From IMG/VR virus record IMGVR_UViG_3300037851_001164, positions 3,904 to 67,903 of that record: a stretch of 64,000 nt of DNA, one strand, 5' to 3'. The DNA is from a virus. Within the stretch, counting starts at the first letter, position 1. Each line of letters starts with the position of its first letter. The translations under genes and the position numbers were made by a program. The notes beneath the pieces are model-generated. The model worked only from the letters and a program-made list of their open reading frames with translations. It had not been told where the DNA came from and did not search any database. Positions 26,325 to 35,399 of this stretch are shown in pieces.

Positions 26325-26520
26325 GGTGATCATCTACTGGAGCCCGCAGGATGCTGCGTTTCTTGCTGAGGTGCCGGAGCTCCCGGGGTGCATGGCGGAC
26401 GGGGCGACCCACCAGGATGCGCTGGCGAACCTGGAAGTAGTTGTCGAGGAATGGATCGCCACAGCTCGGGAGCTCGGCCGGCCAGTCCCGGAGCCGCGTG
26501 GTCGCCTCATGTTCGCCTAG
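26308..26520 (+). CDS. hicB: HicB family antitoxin (short form)
   Basis: YEVIIYWSPQDAAFLAEVPELPGCMADGATHQDAL..PVPEP. Confidence 0.9.
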   Translation: MNVKYEVIIYWSPQDAAFLAEVPELPGCMADGATHQDALANLEVVVEEWIATARELGRPVPEPRGRLMFA

Positions 26521-26756
26521 CCGAGTGAGGGCGGGTGTCCTGCAGGATCCGGTAGCTCGTGGATCCGCTGGAGCGCTTCGGCGAAGCTCAGCCCCAACGG
26601 CTCCACGACATGGATCGCCGGCAGCTCGGCCAGCCAGCCGCCGCCATGGCCGCACATCTCCATCGGCGCGGTAGCTGGCTCCCACCACACGCGGCCGACC
26701 GTGTAGCCGTGAGCCTCCAGGGCCGCGCGGAGGATGTCTACCCGCCTGCTCATCAC
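26517..26756 (-). CDS. Hypothetical phage protein
   Basis: Coupled to the spike gene by overlap. Confidence 0.6.
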   Translation of the reverse strand: MMSRRVDILRAALEAHGYTVGRVWWEPATAPMEMCGHGGGWLAELPAIHVVEPLGLSFAEALQRIHELPDPAGHPPSLG

Positions 26757-27475
26757 GGCCCCTCCGGGTGCCCAGACGGGATGTGCGGCACGTCGATGCC
26801 GTGCTCGGTGGTGCCGCCGGCGGCGCCCGCCACGTAGCTGTCGGTCTGCCAGGTGGTGCCGCCCGCCCAGGTCTCGCGGCTGCCCTTGCCGTGCACATCC
26901 TGCTGGACGTAGGTGCGCCCGTGGATCTCCACCCCATCGCCCTCCAGGCGCAGCACGCCATCGGCCCGGATATAGAGGTTGCCAGCCGGGTCCAGGGTGA
27001 TGCTGGCCACGGGCCCGGCGCCCAGGGACACGCGCAGCCAGGGCTGGCGCGCGGTGTTGCGGCCGATGGCCCAGGCACCGTTGGCGTCCTGGCCGGAGAG
27101 GTCCTCGTGGGCCGGGTCCTCGCCCAGGCGCACAAACGCCCCCGAGGGGTGCGCCAGCTCCACGTTGCCCGCCTCGTCCACGGTCCAGTACACGTCCGAG
27201 GGATGGCGGTAGACCGTGCGGTGGCGCTCGGCGAAGGCCATCTGGCCGGTGCTGGGCGGGAACAGGAAGCCCAGCACGATGGGCCCGCCGCGGGCGTTGG
27301 CCACGACCGCGGTCTGGCCACGCTCGGGCAGGTCGTTGACCCCGGCGTCGGCCGCGGCCGACGGGGCCATGACCGGCACCCGCGGCACCCGGCAGCCGTC
27401 GTCCAGGTAGCTGATGTCCACCTCCCGGCGGCCCGGGTGCACACGCTCGACGCGGGCCAGGCGCAGCTCACTCAT
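26753..27475 (-). CDS. Baseplate spike / gpV-like protein
   Basis: OB-fold-like N-terminus (ARVERVHP..VDI, PIVLGFL), beta-repeat region YRHPSDVYWTVD..GNVELAHPSG. Confidence 0.7.
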   Translation of the reverse strand: MSELRLARVERVHPGRREVDISYLDDGCRVPRVPVMAPSAAADAGVNDLPERGQTAVVANARGGPIVLGFLFPPSTGQMAFAERHRTVYRHPSDVYWTVDEAGNVELAHPSGAFVRLGEDPAHEDLSGQDANGAWAIGRNTARQPWLRVSLGAGPVASITLDPAGNLYIRADGVLRLEGDGVEIHGRTYVQQDVHGKGSRETWAGGTTWQTDSYVAGAAGGTTEHGIDVPHIPSGHPEGP

Positions 27476-28910
27476 ACACGCCTGGCCTGCCCTCGAGCCA
27501 GTACGGCGAGCGCTGCTCGCGCACCCGGGTGAGGAACCCGGTGCCGCGCTCGACCCGACAGGTGGTCGTGTAGCCCCGGAACGGGGCCAGCTGGTGGTCG
27601 ACCGCGGTCACGTAGTAGCGGGCGGTGAGCCCGCCGCGGCGCAGCGTCAGGTAGCGCCCGGGCTTGAGCCGCGGGCTGCCCTTGACCACGATGCTCCCCT
27701 CCTCCCACAGCACGTTGTCACGGTTCAGGAGCTTCAGCAGCTCGATGCGCGAGCGCTGCCAGTCGAGATCATTGTCGGCGTAGACGCGCCCCTGGCCGTC
27801 TGGCGGGTGGCCGGTATTGGCGTCGTGGGTCTGCAGCGAGCGCACCGCCAGCTCGCGCACCCCGTAGAGCGCCGGGTCGTCGTTGGGGTAGCCGGTGTCG
27901 AGCACCGTGCCCCGGGCCATGGCCTCCAGGCGCTGCAGGTCGTGGGAGTACAGGGCACCGCGGGCCAGCTCCACCCAGTAGAAGTTGGCCACGTGGTGGT
28001 CGGTGCGCGCGAGCTGCAGGCTCTTCACGTCCTCGGCGCTCACCGTCATGCCCTCGGGATCGTCCACGTTGGGGTCCTGGGCATCGCCGATCCACTGCCC
28101 CGCCATGTCCTGGTAGGGTAGCGGGCGGTAGACCAGGTACACCCCGTCCGCGCGGTCCTCGACGAAGAGCTCGTTCCAGGGCAGGTCCGCGACGCTGGCC
28201 AGCAGCCCCCACAGGTCCCCCTCGTACATGGCGATCGAGTCCGGGGTGATGCGCCCGCGCAGCACGCTGGCGTCGGTGCCCATGCGCATGGTGCCCAGCT
28301 CGCCCCCGTGCAGGGAGGACAGCCACAGCCGGTCGAGCTGCGGGTTGACGATGCGCTCCACCGCCTGCTGCATGAAGCTCGAGGCCGGCAAGAGCGCCAC
28401 CTCCATCCCGGTCGCCTCCTGCAGCCGGAAGGTGCCGAGCACGTCGTGGCCGGTGGCCATCCAGACCCGGAAGGACAGGTGGATGATCTGCAGGATCTTG
28501 CCGTAGTCCTGGCCGGAGACCACCACCACGCGCATGGGCCGGCCGTCGGCGCCCATGGTCTCGGGGCGCGCCACCTCGGACACCCAGCCGCGCATGACCA
28601 GCGGCAGCTCGCCCTCCGGGGCCGGGTCGCGGGCCATGCGGATGGCGACGTGGTCCATGGGCTCGACGAGCCCGTACAGGGTGTCGGCCAGGTCGTCGCG
28701 GATGCGGTCGCCGAAGGTGATGACGAAGCCGCCGGCGGGCTCGCGGATCCCCTTGTGCACCCGCACCTCGCCGCGGTCGCCCAGGTACGGGGTGAGGTCG
28801 ATCTGCTGATTCGCCCCCTGATAGCGCTCGGACGCGCCGTCGGCAGGCGAGCGGCCGACGTTCTTGGTCAGGATCACCTGGACCCGCGGGGTGTAGGTGC
28901 GAATAGTCAT
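27468..28910 (-). CDS. Baseplate hub protein
   Basis: Lies between tape measure and spike; C-terminal GSIVVKGSPRLKPGRYL, YYVTAVDH; start MTIRT at 28910. Confidence 0.7.
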   Translation of the reverse strand: MTIRTYTPRVQVILTKNVGRSPADGASERYQGANQQIDLTPYLGDRGEVRVHKGIREPAGGFVITFGDRIRDDLADTLYGLVEPMDHVAIRMARDPAPEGELPLVMRGWVSEVARPETMGADGRPMRVVVVSGQDYGKILQIIHLSFRVWMATGHDVLGTFRLQEATGMEVALLPASSFMQQAVERIVNPQLDRLWLSSLHGGELGTMRMGTDASVLRGRITPDSIAMYEGDLWGLLASVADLPWNELFVEDRADGVYLVYRPLPYQDMAGQWIGDAQDPNVDDPEGMTVSAEDVKSLQLARTDHHVANFYWVELARGALYSHDLQRLEAMARGTVLDTGYPNDDPALYGVRELAVRSLQTHDANTGHPPDGQGRVYADNDLDWQRSRIELLKLLNRDNVLWEEGSIVVKGSPRLKPGRYLTLRRGGLTARYYVTAVDHQLAPFRGYTTTCRVERGTGFLTRVREQRSPYWLEGRPGVYE

Positions 28911-28914
28911 GGGG

Positions 28915-31566
28915 TCAGCGCAGGAGCCCTGCGGCGGTGGGCCGGCCGATACGCAGCGTCGGCGCCACGGCGGCGGCCAGGGTCTCGCCGCGCGGGTCCT
29001 GCAGGGTGACCGCCACGTCCACCCGGTGCTGCTGGGCGGTGGTGTAGGCGGAGAGCCGGTCCAGATAGCCGCGAGTCTCCTCGGGCAGGTGCTCGCGCCA
29101 GGCTCCGCCCCAGCGCTCCACGGCGCGATCCATGCGCCCCGGGCCCCAGTTGTAGGCGGCCAGCGCCTTGTCCCAGGCGCCGAACTGATCACGCAGCTCG
29201 TCCAGGTAGCGAGCGGCCGCCCGGCTCGACTGCGCCGGGTCGAAGCGGTCGGTGACCCCGAGGTGGCGTGCGGTCCCGGGCATGAGCTGGAACAGGCCGG
29301 CGGCCCCGGCCCCGGAGACGGCGCGCGGATTGAAGCCGCTCTCGACCTTGGCTACGCGCTCGAGCAGCCCGGGCGGCAGGTCGTGGCGCGCCTCCAGGTC
29401 CTGCCACAGGGCGCGCAGTGCCGGCGGGGCCTCGGGGCGGCGCCGGTGGCGGTGGCCGCGCGGGGTGTCTGGTGGGTCCTGCTCGGGTGGCCGCGGTGCG
29501 CGGGTTGCCGGGGTGGGCGCGGGGCGCCGCGCGAGGTCCGGGGGCGCGCGGCTCACCAGCGCCGGGTCGGGCACAGCGGCTGGCTCGATAGTGCCGCGAT
29601 AGGGCGTGCCGCGCGCCAGGGACTCTGGTACTGGGGGCGGCTGCGCAGCATGCGCCTGGGGCGCCTCGCGCGCGGGTGAGCCAGTGGTGGACCTCCCGGT
29701 TCTCTCGTTATCCGGGGTAATAGTGGGAATCTCGGCTGTGGCCTTGGTCCTGGGCGGGGCAGGCGCCTTCTCCCGCGGCTCGGCCACTGTCGGCTCTGCT
29801 GCAGCAGGCTCTGGCTGCGGTGCTTCGTCCTTCTCCCCCCGCCCCCGCCACCAGCTCGCGATGCCCTGTCCAATCAGGGCCGGCGGGGCCATCGGCCCCA
29901 GCATGAGCTTGCCGGCCATGCCGGCGGTGGAGTCCGGACGGCTCACCACATCGGCCACGCCGAGCACCTTGCCCAGGGCCTGCATCACCGGCACCACGGC
30001 ACTGCGCAGGGCATCGAGCGGGGCGTAGAGCTTGTCGCCCACGTCCATCGTGGCCCGCTGCACGTCAGTCAGGGTAGCCTCGTGCACCGAGCCCGGGGTC
30101 TCGACCTTGCCCTTGGCGGCCAGGCGCCGGGCCTCGTCCAGGTCATCGGGCCGGGTGGCGGCCAGGCGCGCCAGGTCGGCCCAGGCGCTGGGCGCCACGT
30201 CGCGCTCGTTGATGCCGGCGCGATCCAGCATCGCGGTGAGCTTGCCCCAGCCGCCCTCGCCCAGGCTCTGCTGGGCTTCGGCCAGCCCCAGGGCCTGGGA
30301 GCGGCCCACGCCCAGCAGCCGGTGCAGCACGTCGGCCATCTGCTCGGGCGGCAGGTCGCCGTAGCGCTCGCGCACCTGCTCCATCACCAGCTCGCCGATC
30401 TGCCGGCCCTGGTACTGCCCGAAGAAACCTTTCTCGAGCTCTAGCGCCGACTGGTACACCGACAGCGGCCGATGACGCGCCAGGGCCTCGTGCAGGAACA
30501 GGCGCGATGCCTCCCCTGCCCCGCCACCGGCACGGACCGACTCGTCCACCTGCCCGAGCAGCCCGATCCCAGCCGTGCCGGCGAGCCCCGGGCGCCCGGT
30601 GGCGGCCATGGCCGCGAGCATCCGCATGTAGTCTTCGGCCTGCCAGGGCATGGCCGCTGCGGTCGTGGTCTGGCTGTAGCGCTCGGCCCAGCGGGTGAGC
30701 GCCTCGGTAAGCTCGCCGGCCCGGCTCCACTGCCCGCCGGCCTGCACCCCCTCGGCCACGATGCGCGAGAGCTGGCGCGCGTCGATGCCGGCGAACTGGG
30801 CGCGCCCCGCGGCATCGGCCAGGCGCAGCGGGGACACCCCGAAGCCGCGGGCCAGCCCGCCGGCGGCCCGGGCCTGCTCGCTCACGTCCTCGGCGGTGGT
30901 GGGCCGGGCGTTACGCTGGAAGGCCTCGGCCAGCGCGATGGACTCGCGCGTGGTGAGCGAGAGCCCCTCGCCGGCTGACAAGATCTGCCGGCGGAAGGCG
31001 TCGAAGTCCGGGGTCAAGGTGGCGAAGCTACGGGCCAGGTGGTCGAGCGCCACCGCGTCCTGGCCGGCCGCGTCCGCCAGCCCCTTGAGCGCCCCCACGC
31101 CGTAGCCGATGCCGAGCAAGCTCAGCATCTGCGGCAGGCCGCGCCCGAGCATGGCGGCCATGGTGCCGCCGGCCTCGCCGCCCGCGCCCCCGGCGAGCGG
31201 GGCCTGGCCCTCCCAGGCGGTGCCGCGCACCGCCTGCTGCTGCACCTGCTGGCGCAGGAACTCGCCATGGGCCCGGTCGCGGTACAGGCGCGCGAAGTCC
31301 TGCTCCCACCACGGGCGCTCGGCCTGCCCCGTGACCTCCAGGCGCTCGCGCAGCCCCCGGTAGCGTGACTGCTGCAGGAGCTGCCGGTAGCGGTCCTGGG
31401 TCAGGTCGGCAAGCTCGGAGGCCTCCTGCAGCCCGGGCAGGGAGAGGTCGAGATTCTGGTAGTCGCGCGCGGTCTGGCCCAGCTCGCGCAGCTTGCGCAC
31501 GAAACGGTCCAGCGAGGGGATGGCGCCGGAGACATCGGCGCCGACTCGGATCGAGACATCAGCCAC
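28915..31566 (-). CDS. Tape-measure protein with C-terminal lytic transglycosylase (SLT)
   Basis: Helical N-terminal region; VAKVESGFNPRAVSGAGAAGLFQLMP, ALAAYNWGPG. Confidence 0.85.
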   Translation of the reverse strand: MADVSIRVGADVSGAIPSLDRFVRKLRELGQTARDYQNLDLSLPGLQEASELADLTQDRYRQLLQQSRYRGLRERLEVTGQAERPWWEQDFARLYRDRAHGEFLRQQVQQQAVRGTAWEGQAPLAGGAGGEAGGTMAAMLGRGLPQMLSLLGIGYGVGALKGLADAAGQDAVALDHLARSFATLTPDFDAFRRQILSAGEGLSLTTRESIALAEAFQRNARPTTAEDVSEQARAAGGLARGFGVSPLRLADAAGRAQFAGIDARQLSRIVAEGVQAGGQWSRAGELTEALTRWAERYSQTTTAAAMPWQAEDYMRMLAAMAATGRPGLAGTAGIGLLGQVDESVRAGGGAGEASRLFLHEALARHRPLSVYQSALELEKGFFGQYQGRQIGELVMEQVRERYGDLPPEQMADVLHRLLGVGRSQALGLAEAQQSLGEGGWGKLTAMLDRAGINERDVAPSAWADLARLAATRPDDLDEARRLAAKGKVETPGSVHEATLTDVQRATMDVGDKLYAPLDALRSAVVPVMQALGKVLGVADVVSRPDSTAGMAGKLMLGPMAPPALIGQGIASWWRGRGEKDEAPQPEPAAAEPTVAEPREKAPAPPRTKATAEIPTITPDNERTGRSTTGSPAREAPQAHAAQPPPVPESLARGTPYRGTIEPAAVPDPALVSRAPPDLARRPAPTPATRAPRPPEQDPPDTPRGHRHRRRPEAPPALRALWQDLEARHDLPPGLLERVAKVESGFNPRAVSGAGAAGLFQLMPGTARHLGVTDRFDPAQSSRAAARYLDELRDQFGAWDKALAAYNWGPGRMDRAVERWGGAWREHLPEETRGYLDRLSAYTTAQQHRVDVAVTLQDPRGETLAAAVAPTLRIGRPTAAGLLR

Positions 31567-31831
31567 GGGGCGGCACCTCCTCCCAGTCGTCCGGGGCGCC
31601 CAGCAGCTCGCTCACGCCGCGGGCGAAGTCGGGGTCCTCGACCTCCTCGCCGGGCGGGGCCTCGGCGTAGTGGTGGGCGTAGAGATCGGTGAGCACGGTC
31701 TCCAGATCCGCGTCCAGGAAGCGCGGATCGGTGGGCGGCAGACTGTAACGGCGGCGAAAGGCGAAGGCCGCCGTGCCCGCCAGCTCACGCCCCGCCGCTT
31801 GCGCCCGGCGCGGCAGGTCCGCCGCGAAATC
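31559..31831 (-). CDS. Tail assembly chaperone extension (gpT-like), probably reached by frameshift
   Basis: About 90 open codons (FRRRYSLPPTDPRFLD...) with no canonical start near the 5' end, overlapping the chaperone 3' end in the +1 frame. Confidence 0.55.
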   Translation of the reverse strand, partial: DFAADLPRRAQAAGRELAGTAAFAFRRRYSLPPTDPRFLDADLETVLTDLYAHHYAEAPPGEEVEDPDFARGVSELLGAPDDWEEVPPRG

Positions 31832-32120
31832 GCCCCTCCTGCTCCCGCAGGGCGTAGAACGCGGCCACCAGGCGCCGCACGTTGTCCAGGTCCAGCGGGT
31901 CGAGCGCCTCCAGGTCCCAGCCGGCCGGACCCTCCACGGTGAGCACGCGCAGGGTCGCCCAGGCCTCGGCGATGAGCGCCAGGTGCTGGGTCGGGTGGTC
32001 CTGCCCGTCCACCGCCCGGCTGTACTCGGCGGCGATCTTGAGCTCGTCGCGGAACGTGCGGCGGCGGAAGGTGAAGTCGCCCACCCCCTCCACCGTCGCC
32101 TTGTAGGTCGCTGGCACCAT
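31785..32120 (-). CDS. Tail assembly chaperone (gpG-like)
   Basis: Lies between tail tube and tape measure; FTFRRRTFRDELKI. Confidence 0.7.
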   Translation of the reverse strand: MVPATYKATVEGVGDFTFRRRTFRDELKIAAEYSRAVDGQDHPTQHLALIAEAWATLRVLTVEGPAGWDLEALDPLDLDNVRRLVAAFYALREQEGRFRGGPAAPGASGGA

Positions 32121-32123
32121 GCG

Positions 32124-32549
32124 TTACGCCCCGAGGCCCTGGACGTCGCGCGCCATCAGCGTGGCATTGGCCATGGCGATGGCGTGCTTCTGCACCTCGA
32201 CGTCGCCCGAGGCGTAGGTGACGCCCACGTACTTCCGCAGCACCTCGCCGGTGTCCCGGTCCTGCACCAGCACGTCGAACTCGAGCCCGCGCAGGGCCGC
32301 ATCGCCGTTCTCGCTGGCGATACCACGGGCGCGCAGCCCGTCCCTCGAGATGATCATGCTCGCCACCTGCAGGGTGTGCCGGGCGATGGTCGGCACGTAC
32401 TCCTGCACGTGGATGTCGCCGATGCCGGAGGCGGGCTCCGGGCCATAGTCGTCGTTCATGCGCAGGCTCTGGATGAGCCCGATCTGCTGCCCGTCCAGGT
32501 GCACCAGGATGCGGTTGCCGGAGCGGACCCTGACGTTGGGGGTTGCCAT
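32124..32549 (-). CDS. Tail tube protein
   Basis: SGNRILVHLDGQQIGLIQS..DDYG....GIGDIHVQEYV resembles Twort/K-like tube proteins; follows the sheath. Confidence 0.85.
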   Translation of the reverse strand: MATPNVRVRSGNRILVHLDGQQIGLIQSLRMNDDYGPEPASGIGDIHVQEYVPTIARHTLQVASMIISRDGLRARGIASENGDAALRGLEFDVLVQDRDTGEVLRKYVGVTYASGDVEVQKHAIAMANATLMARDVQGLGA

Positions 32550-32557
32550 GCATCACC

Positions 32558-34255
32558 TCACAGCGTGAAGGTGCCGGAGAACGGCACCGCGTAGATGGTC
32601 ACCGGGATGTAGTTGACCGGGATCACCGGCGAGCACTGGAAGGCCACGCGCAGCACGTCGCCCTCGAGGCTGACCTCGATGCCCTTGTAGGCCGGGCTCT
32701 CGGCGTTGCCGGTGATCACCTCGGGGCCGGCCGGCTCGGGCCGGGCCAGCTCGCGCAGGGTGGACTCCACGCGGGCGGCGGCCAGGGCCAGCACCGCCGG
32801 GGTGGCCTTGGCCCCGCGCAGGTCGTCCAGGGCGTTGCGGACGTTCCTCGCCACGAAATCCACGGCGAAGCCGGTGGACACCTCGACCCGGTTGTAGTTG
32901 TCGTTGATGAGCCAGGTGCTGATGGACTTCACCACCTTGAAGCCCTTCGGCGTGTCCTCGACGCACAGCACCCCGCCCTCGATGAGATCGTCGGTGTCGG
33001 TGGGGTTCCGGAGCTTAACCTCCAGGCCGCGGCACTTCAGGGTCTTGTTGGTGAGCGGCGTGCCGGGGTTGCTGCCGGCGAAGGCCGCCGCCACCAGCGC
33101 CGCGGTCATGTACGGGGCCTTCAGCGCCAGGGCGCCGCTGGCGTCGTACTGGTAGTGCCCGGGATAGCACAGGCTGAAGCGATCGGAGTTGAGCAGCTTG
33201 GCCGCCGCGATGGCCTGGGCCGCGCTCTGGCCGGTGGCCCCGCCCGAGAGCGCCCGGCGCTCCATGCGCAGGACGTTCGACATGAGCACGCAGTGCGCGT
33301 CGGCCTGGGCGTGGATGCTGGCATCCGAGGTCAGCGGCACCACCCACTGCACGTCCTCGGCCTGCAGCGCGGTGAGCGCGTTGGCCCACTCGGTGCTGGT
33401 CACCGTGCCGTCGGACCCGCCGCTGAGATAGGTCCAGGCCAGGTTCGAGAAGGTGGTAGCCGGGTTGTCGCCACGGGTGACGGTGATGAAGCCCTCGGCC
33501 AGCCCGTTGAACCAGTCGATCACCGCCTGGATGTCGGCGCGCACCGTGTAGGTGGCGGTCTTCACGTCCTGGTCGGTCAGCGGGTCCAGACCCTTAACCG
33601 TCGCGTGCTCGCCGTTGCCGCCGAGCACGGTGGCGGTGAAGTCGGCGACCGTGTTGATCTTGTCCACCAGCTTCTGCACCGTGTCGTAGACGGCGAGGTC
33701 GATGGTGGCGACCACGGTGTTGAGCGGTGCCTCCAGGGTAACCGTGGAGTCGGTGACGGTGATCGCCCCGGTGGCCTGGGCGCCGGTGTAGCGCACCGTG
33801 AACACCTGCCGCGCCACGTTGTCTGCGGTGTAGTAGTCGTTGTCGAGCTGGGTGGTGAGCTTCTTGCCCTCGATGGTGCCAGACTCGATCTTGTACTTGA
33901 TGCGGTTGGTGTAGAGCCCGTAGTCGGTGCTCTTGAAGGTGTGCACGCCGACCGTGGCCTGGGCCTGGGTGGCGGGGTTCACGCGCACCGCGTAGACCTT
34001 GGCCGGGCTGTTGGTCTGAGCCGAGGCGTCGAAGGCGCGCTGCACCGCCTCGAGCAGCTCGCCCGAGCGCAGCACGCGCCTGGCCTCGGACGGCGATCCG
34101 AACTTCAGCACCGTGTTGGGCTGCCCGCCATCGGCGCGGCCGATGTAGGCCACGATGTTGCCCACGGTCAGGTTCTTGTTGACCATGGCGGAGTCGTCCA
34201 CCACGGACATGACCGCCGGGGTCGTCCACAGACGACCGTTGAAGAACACGCTCAT
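32558..34255 (-). CDS. Contractile tail sheath protein
   Basis: YIGRADGGQPNTVLKF....ARRVLRSGELLEAV; C-terminal EVSTGFAVDFVARNVRNAL, SPVIPVNYI. Confidence 0.92.
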   Translation of the reverse strand: MSVFFNGRLWTTPAVMSVVDDSAMVNKNLTVGNIVAYIGRADGGQPNTVLKFGSPSEARRVLRSGELLEAVQRAFDASAQTNSPAKVYAVRVNPATQAQATVGVHTFKSTDYGLYTNRIKYKIESGTIEGKKLTTQLDNDYYTADNVARQVFTVRYTGAQATGAITVTDSTVTLEAPLNTVVATIDLAVYDTVQKLVDKINTVADFTATVLGGNGEHATVKGLDPLTDQDVKTATYTVRADIQAVIDWFNGLAEGFITVTRGDNPATTFSNLAWTYLSGGSDGTVTSTEWANALTALQAEDVQWVVPLTSDASIHAQADAHCVLMSNVLRMERRALSGGATGQSAAQAIAAAKLLNSDRFSLCYPGHYQYDASGALALKAPYMTAALVAAAFAGSNPGTPLTNKTLKCRGLEVKLRNPTDTDDLIEGGVLCVEDTPKGFKVVKSISTWLINDNYNRVEVSTGFAVDFVARNVRNALDDLRGAKATPAVLALAAARVESTLRELARPEPAGPEVITGNAESPAYKGIEVSLEGDVLRVAFQCSPVIPVNYIPVTIYAVPFSGTFTL

Positions 34256-34285
34256 CTCGTCGATCTCCTGTTGCCGTGGTCAGCC

Positions 34286-34537
34286 TCAGCCCACCGGCCG
34301 CGCGGCGTACTCCGCCAGGCGCTGCCGGTACACGGATGCGGCACCGCGCAGCCGCCCGTGCGCGCGCTCGTCCAGGTGGAAGCCTGCCAGCAGCTCCACC
34401 CGCCGGTCGGTGCGCGAGATGGACAGACAGAACTCGTCCAGCGAGATCTCCGGCTCGCTCACCACGCCGCCCGCCGCGACCGTCACCGTCTCGCTCTCGC
34501 CCGCCATGTCCGTCACCTCCGCCGTCTTTCTCGCCAT
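34286..34537 (-). CDS. Hypothetical virion-region protein
   Basis: Located in the neck/tail operon. Confidence 0.6.
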   Translation of the reverse strand: MARKTAEVTDMAGESETVTVAAGGVVSEPEISLDEFCLSISRTDRRVELLAGFHLDERAHGRLRGAASVYRQRLAEYAARPVG

Positions 34538-34544
34538 GTCGCCC

Positions 34545-35399
34545 TCACTGTGTCTGTGCGCTCACGTCCACGCCCGCGATCTGCACCGGCCCGGCCGCGC
34601 CGGGGGCCTCGACCCAGACGCGCGACACGCAGGCGAAGGTGCCGCTGCTCAGGTACACGGGCACCTGGTAGGCCTGCAGCTCCTCGGTGTCCTGCTGGCT
34701 CCACTCCGGCAGCAGCAGCCCGCGGTCCGCGAGCACCGGCAGGTTGGCCAGCACGATGCGCCTCAGCGCCTGGCGCAGCGCAATGCGCTCGTCCGGGTTG
34801 AGCGACCAGCCGATCACCGAGATCTCGCTGCGCTGCAGCCAGCCCTCGTCGGTGTCCGCGCCCGCGCCCCCGGGCAGGTAGCTCTCGATCTGCTCGCCGA
34901 GCGCGCGCTCGACCGGGCCCTCGTGCTCCAGGTGTACCGTCACGACCGGGAACGCGGAATGATCCGCCAGCGGCGGCGCGGTGAGCACGGTGATGGCACC
35001 AGATGCCGGACGCAGCGCCCCGCGCGCGACCTCCACCGCGAGCCCCGCGGCGATGCGCTCGCGCAGCAGCACGAGCACGTCTGTGCCCCCGCCGGCGTAG
35101 GTCGCGGCAGGTACGACAGATCCCGTGGCAGATGCCGTCCAGGCCGCCCCGTCCCAGGCGTAGGCGCGGTAGTAGTAGGTCTCGCCGTTGGCGAGCCCCG
35201 CGGTGTCGAGCACGGTGTGCAGCACGATGCCGTCAGCCGCGAGTTCCACCACCAGGGTGGCGCCCTGGTCGTCGGGGCCGGCGAAGGTGTCCGCCGCCTT
35301 GCGCAGCAGCCGCCAGGAGACCGTGCTCGAAGGCAGCCAGACGTGGGCGCGCACCGCATTGCCAGCGGGCAGGGCCTGCAGGATGAGGCGCACGCTCAC
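34545..35399 (-). CDS. Tail terminator/completion-like protein with an N-terminal Fn3-like segment
   Basis: DTAGLANGETYYYRAYAW; FPVVTVHLEHE; upstream of the sheath. Confidence 0.6.
   Translation of the reverse strand: MSVRLILQALPAGNAVRAHVWLPSSTVSWRLLRKAADTFAGPDDQGATLVVELAADGIVLHTVLDTAGLANGETYYYRAYAWDGAAWTASATGSVVPAATYAGGGTDVLVLLRERIAAGLAVEVARGALRPASGAITVLTAPPLADHSAFPVVTVHLEHEGPVERALGEQIESYLPGGAGADTDEGWLQRSEISVIGWSLNPDERIALRQALRRIVLANLPVLADRGLLLPEWSQQDTEELQAYQVPVYLSSGTFACVSRVWVEAPGAAGPVQIAGVDVSAQTQ

Noticed and set aside
26520-26560. attC site after hicB
   Set aside because: No RYYYAAC/GTTRRRY pair; hicB abuts a convergent phage gene, so the last cassette is truncated
16743-34255. Stand-alone eCIS or tailocin
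   Set aside because: Capsid, protease, scaffold, tape measure and replication genes are present, so this is a phage
34931-34946. Fifth GTCGTGAC-N2-TACACC copy
   Set aside because: Lies mid-gene (codes VVTVH) and lacks the terminal T; probably chance, though an internal sheath promoter is not excluded
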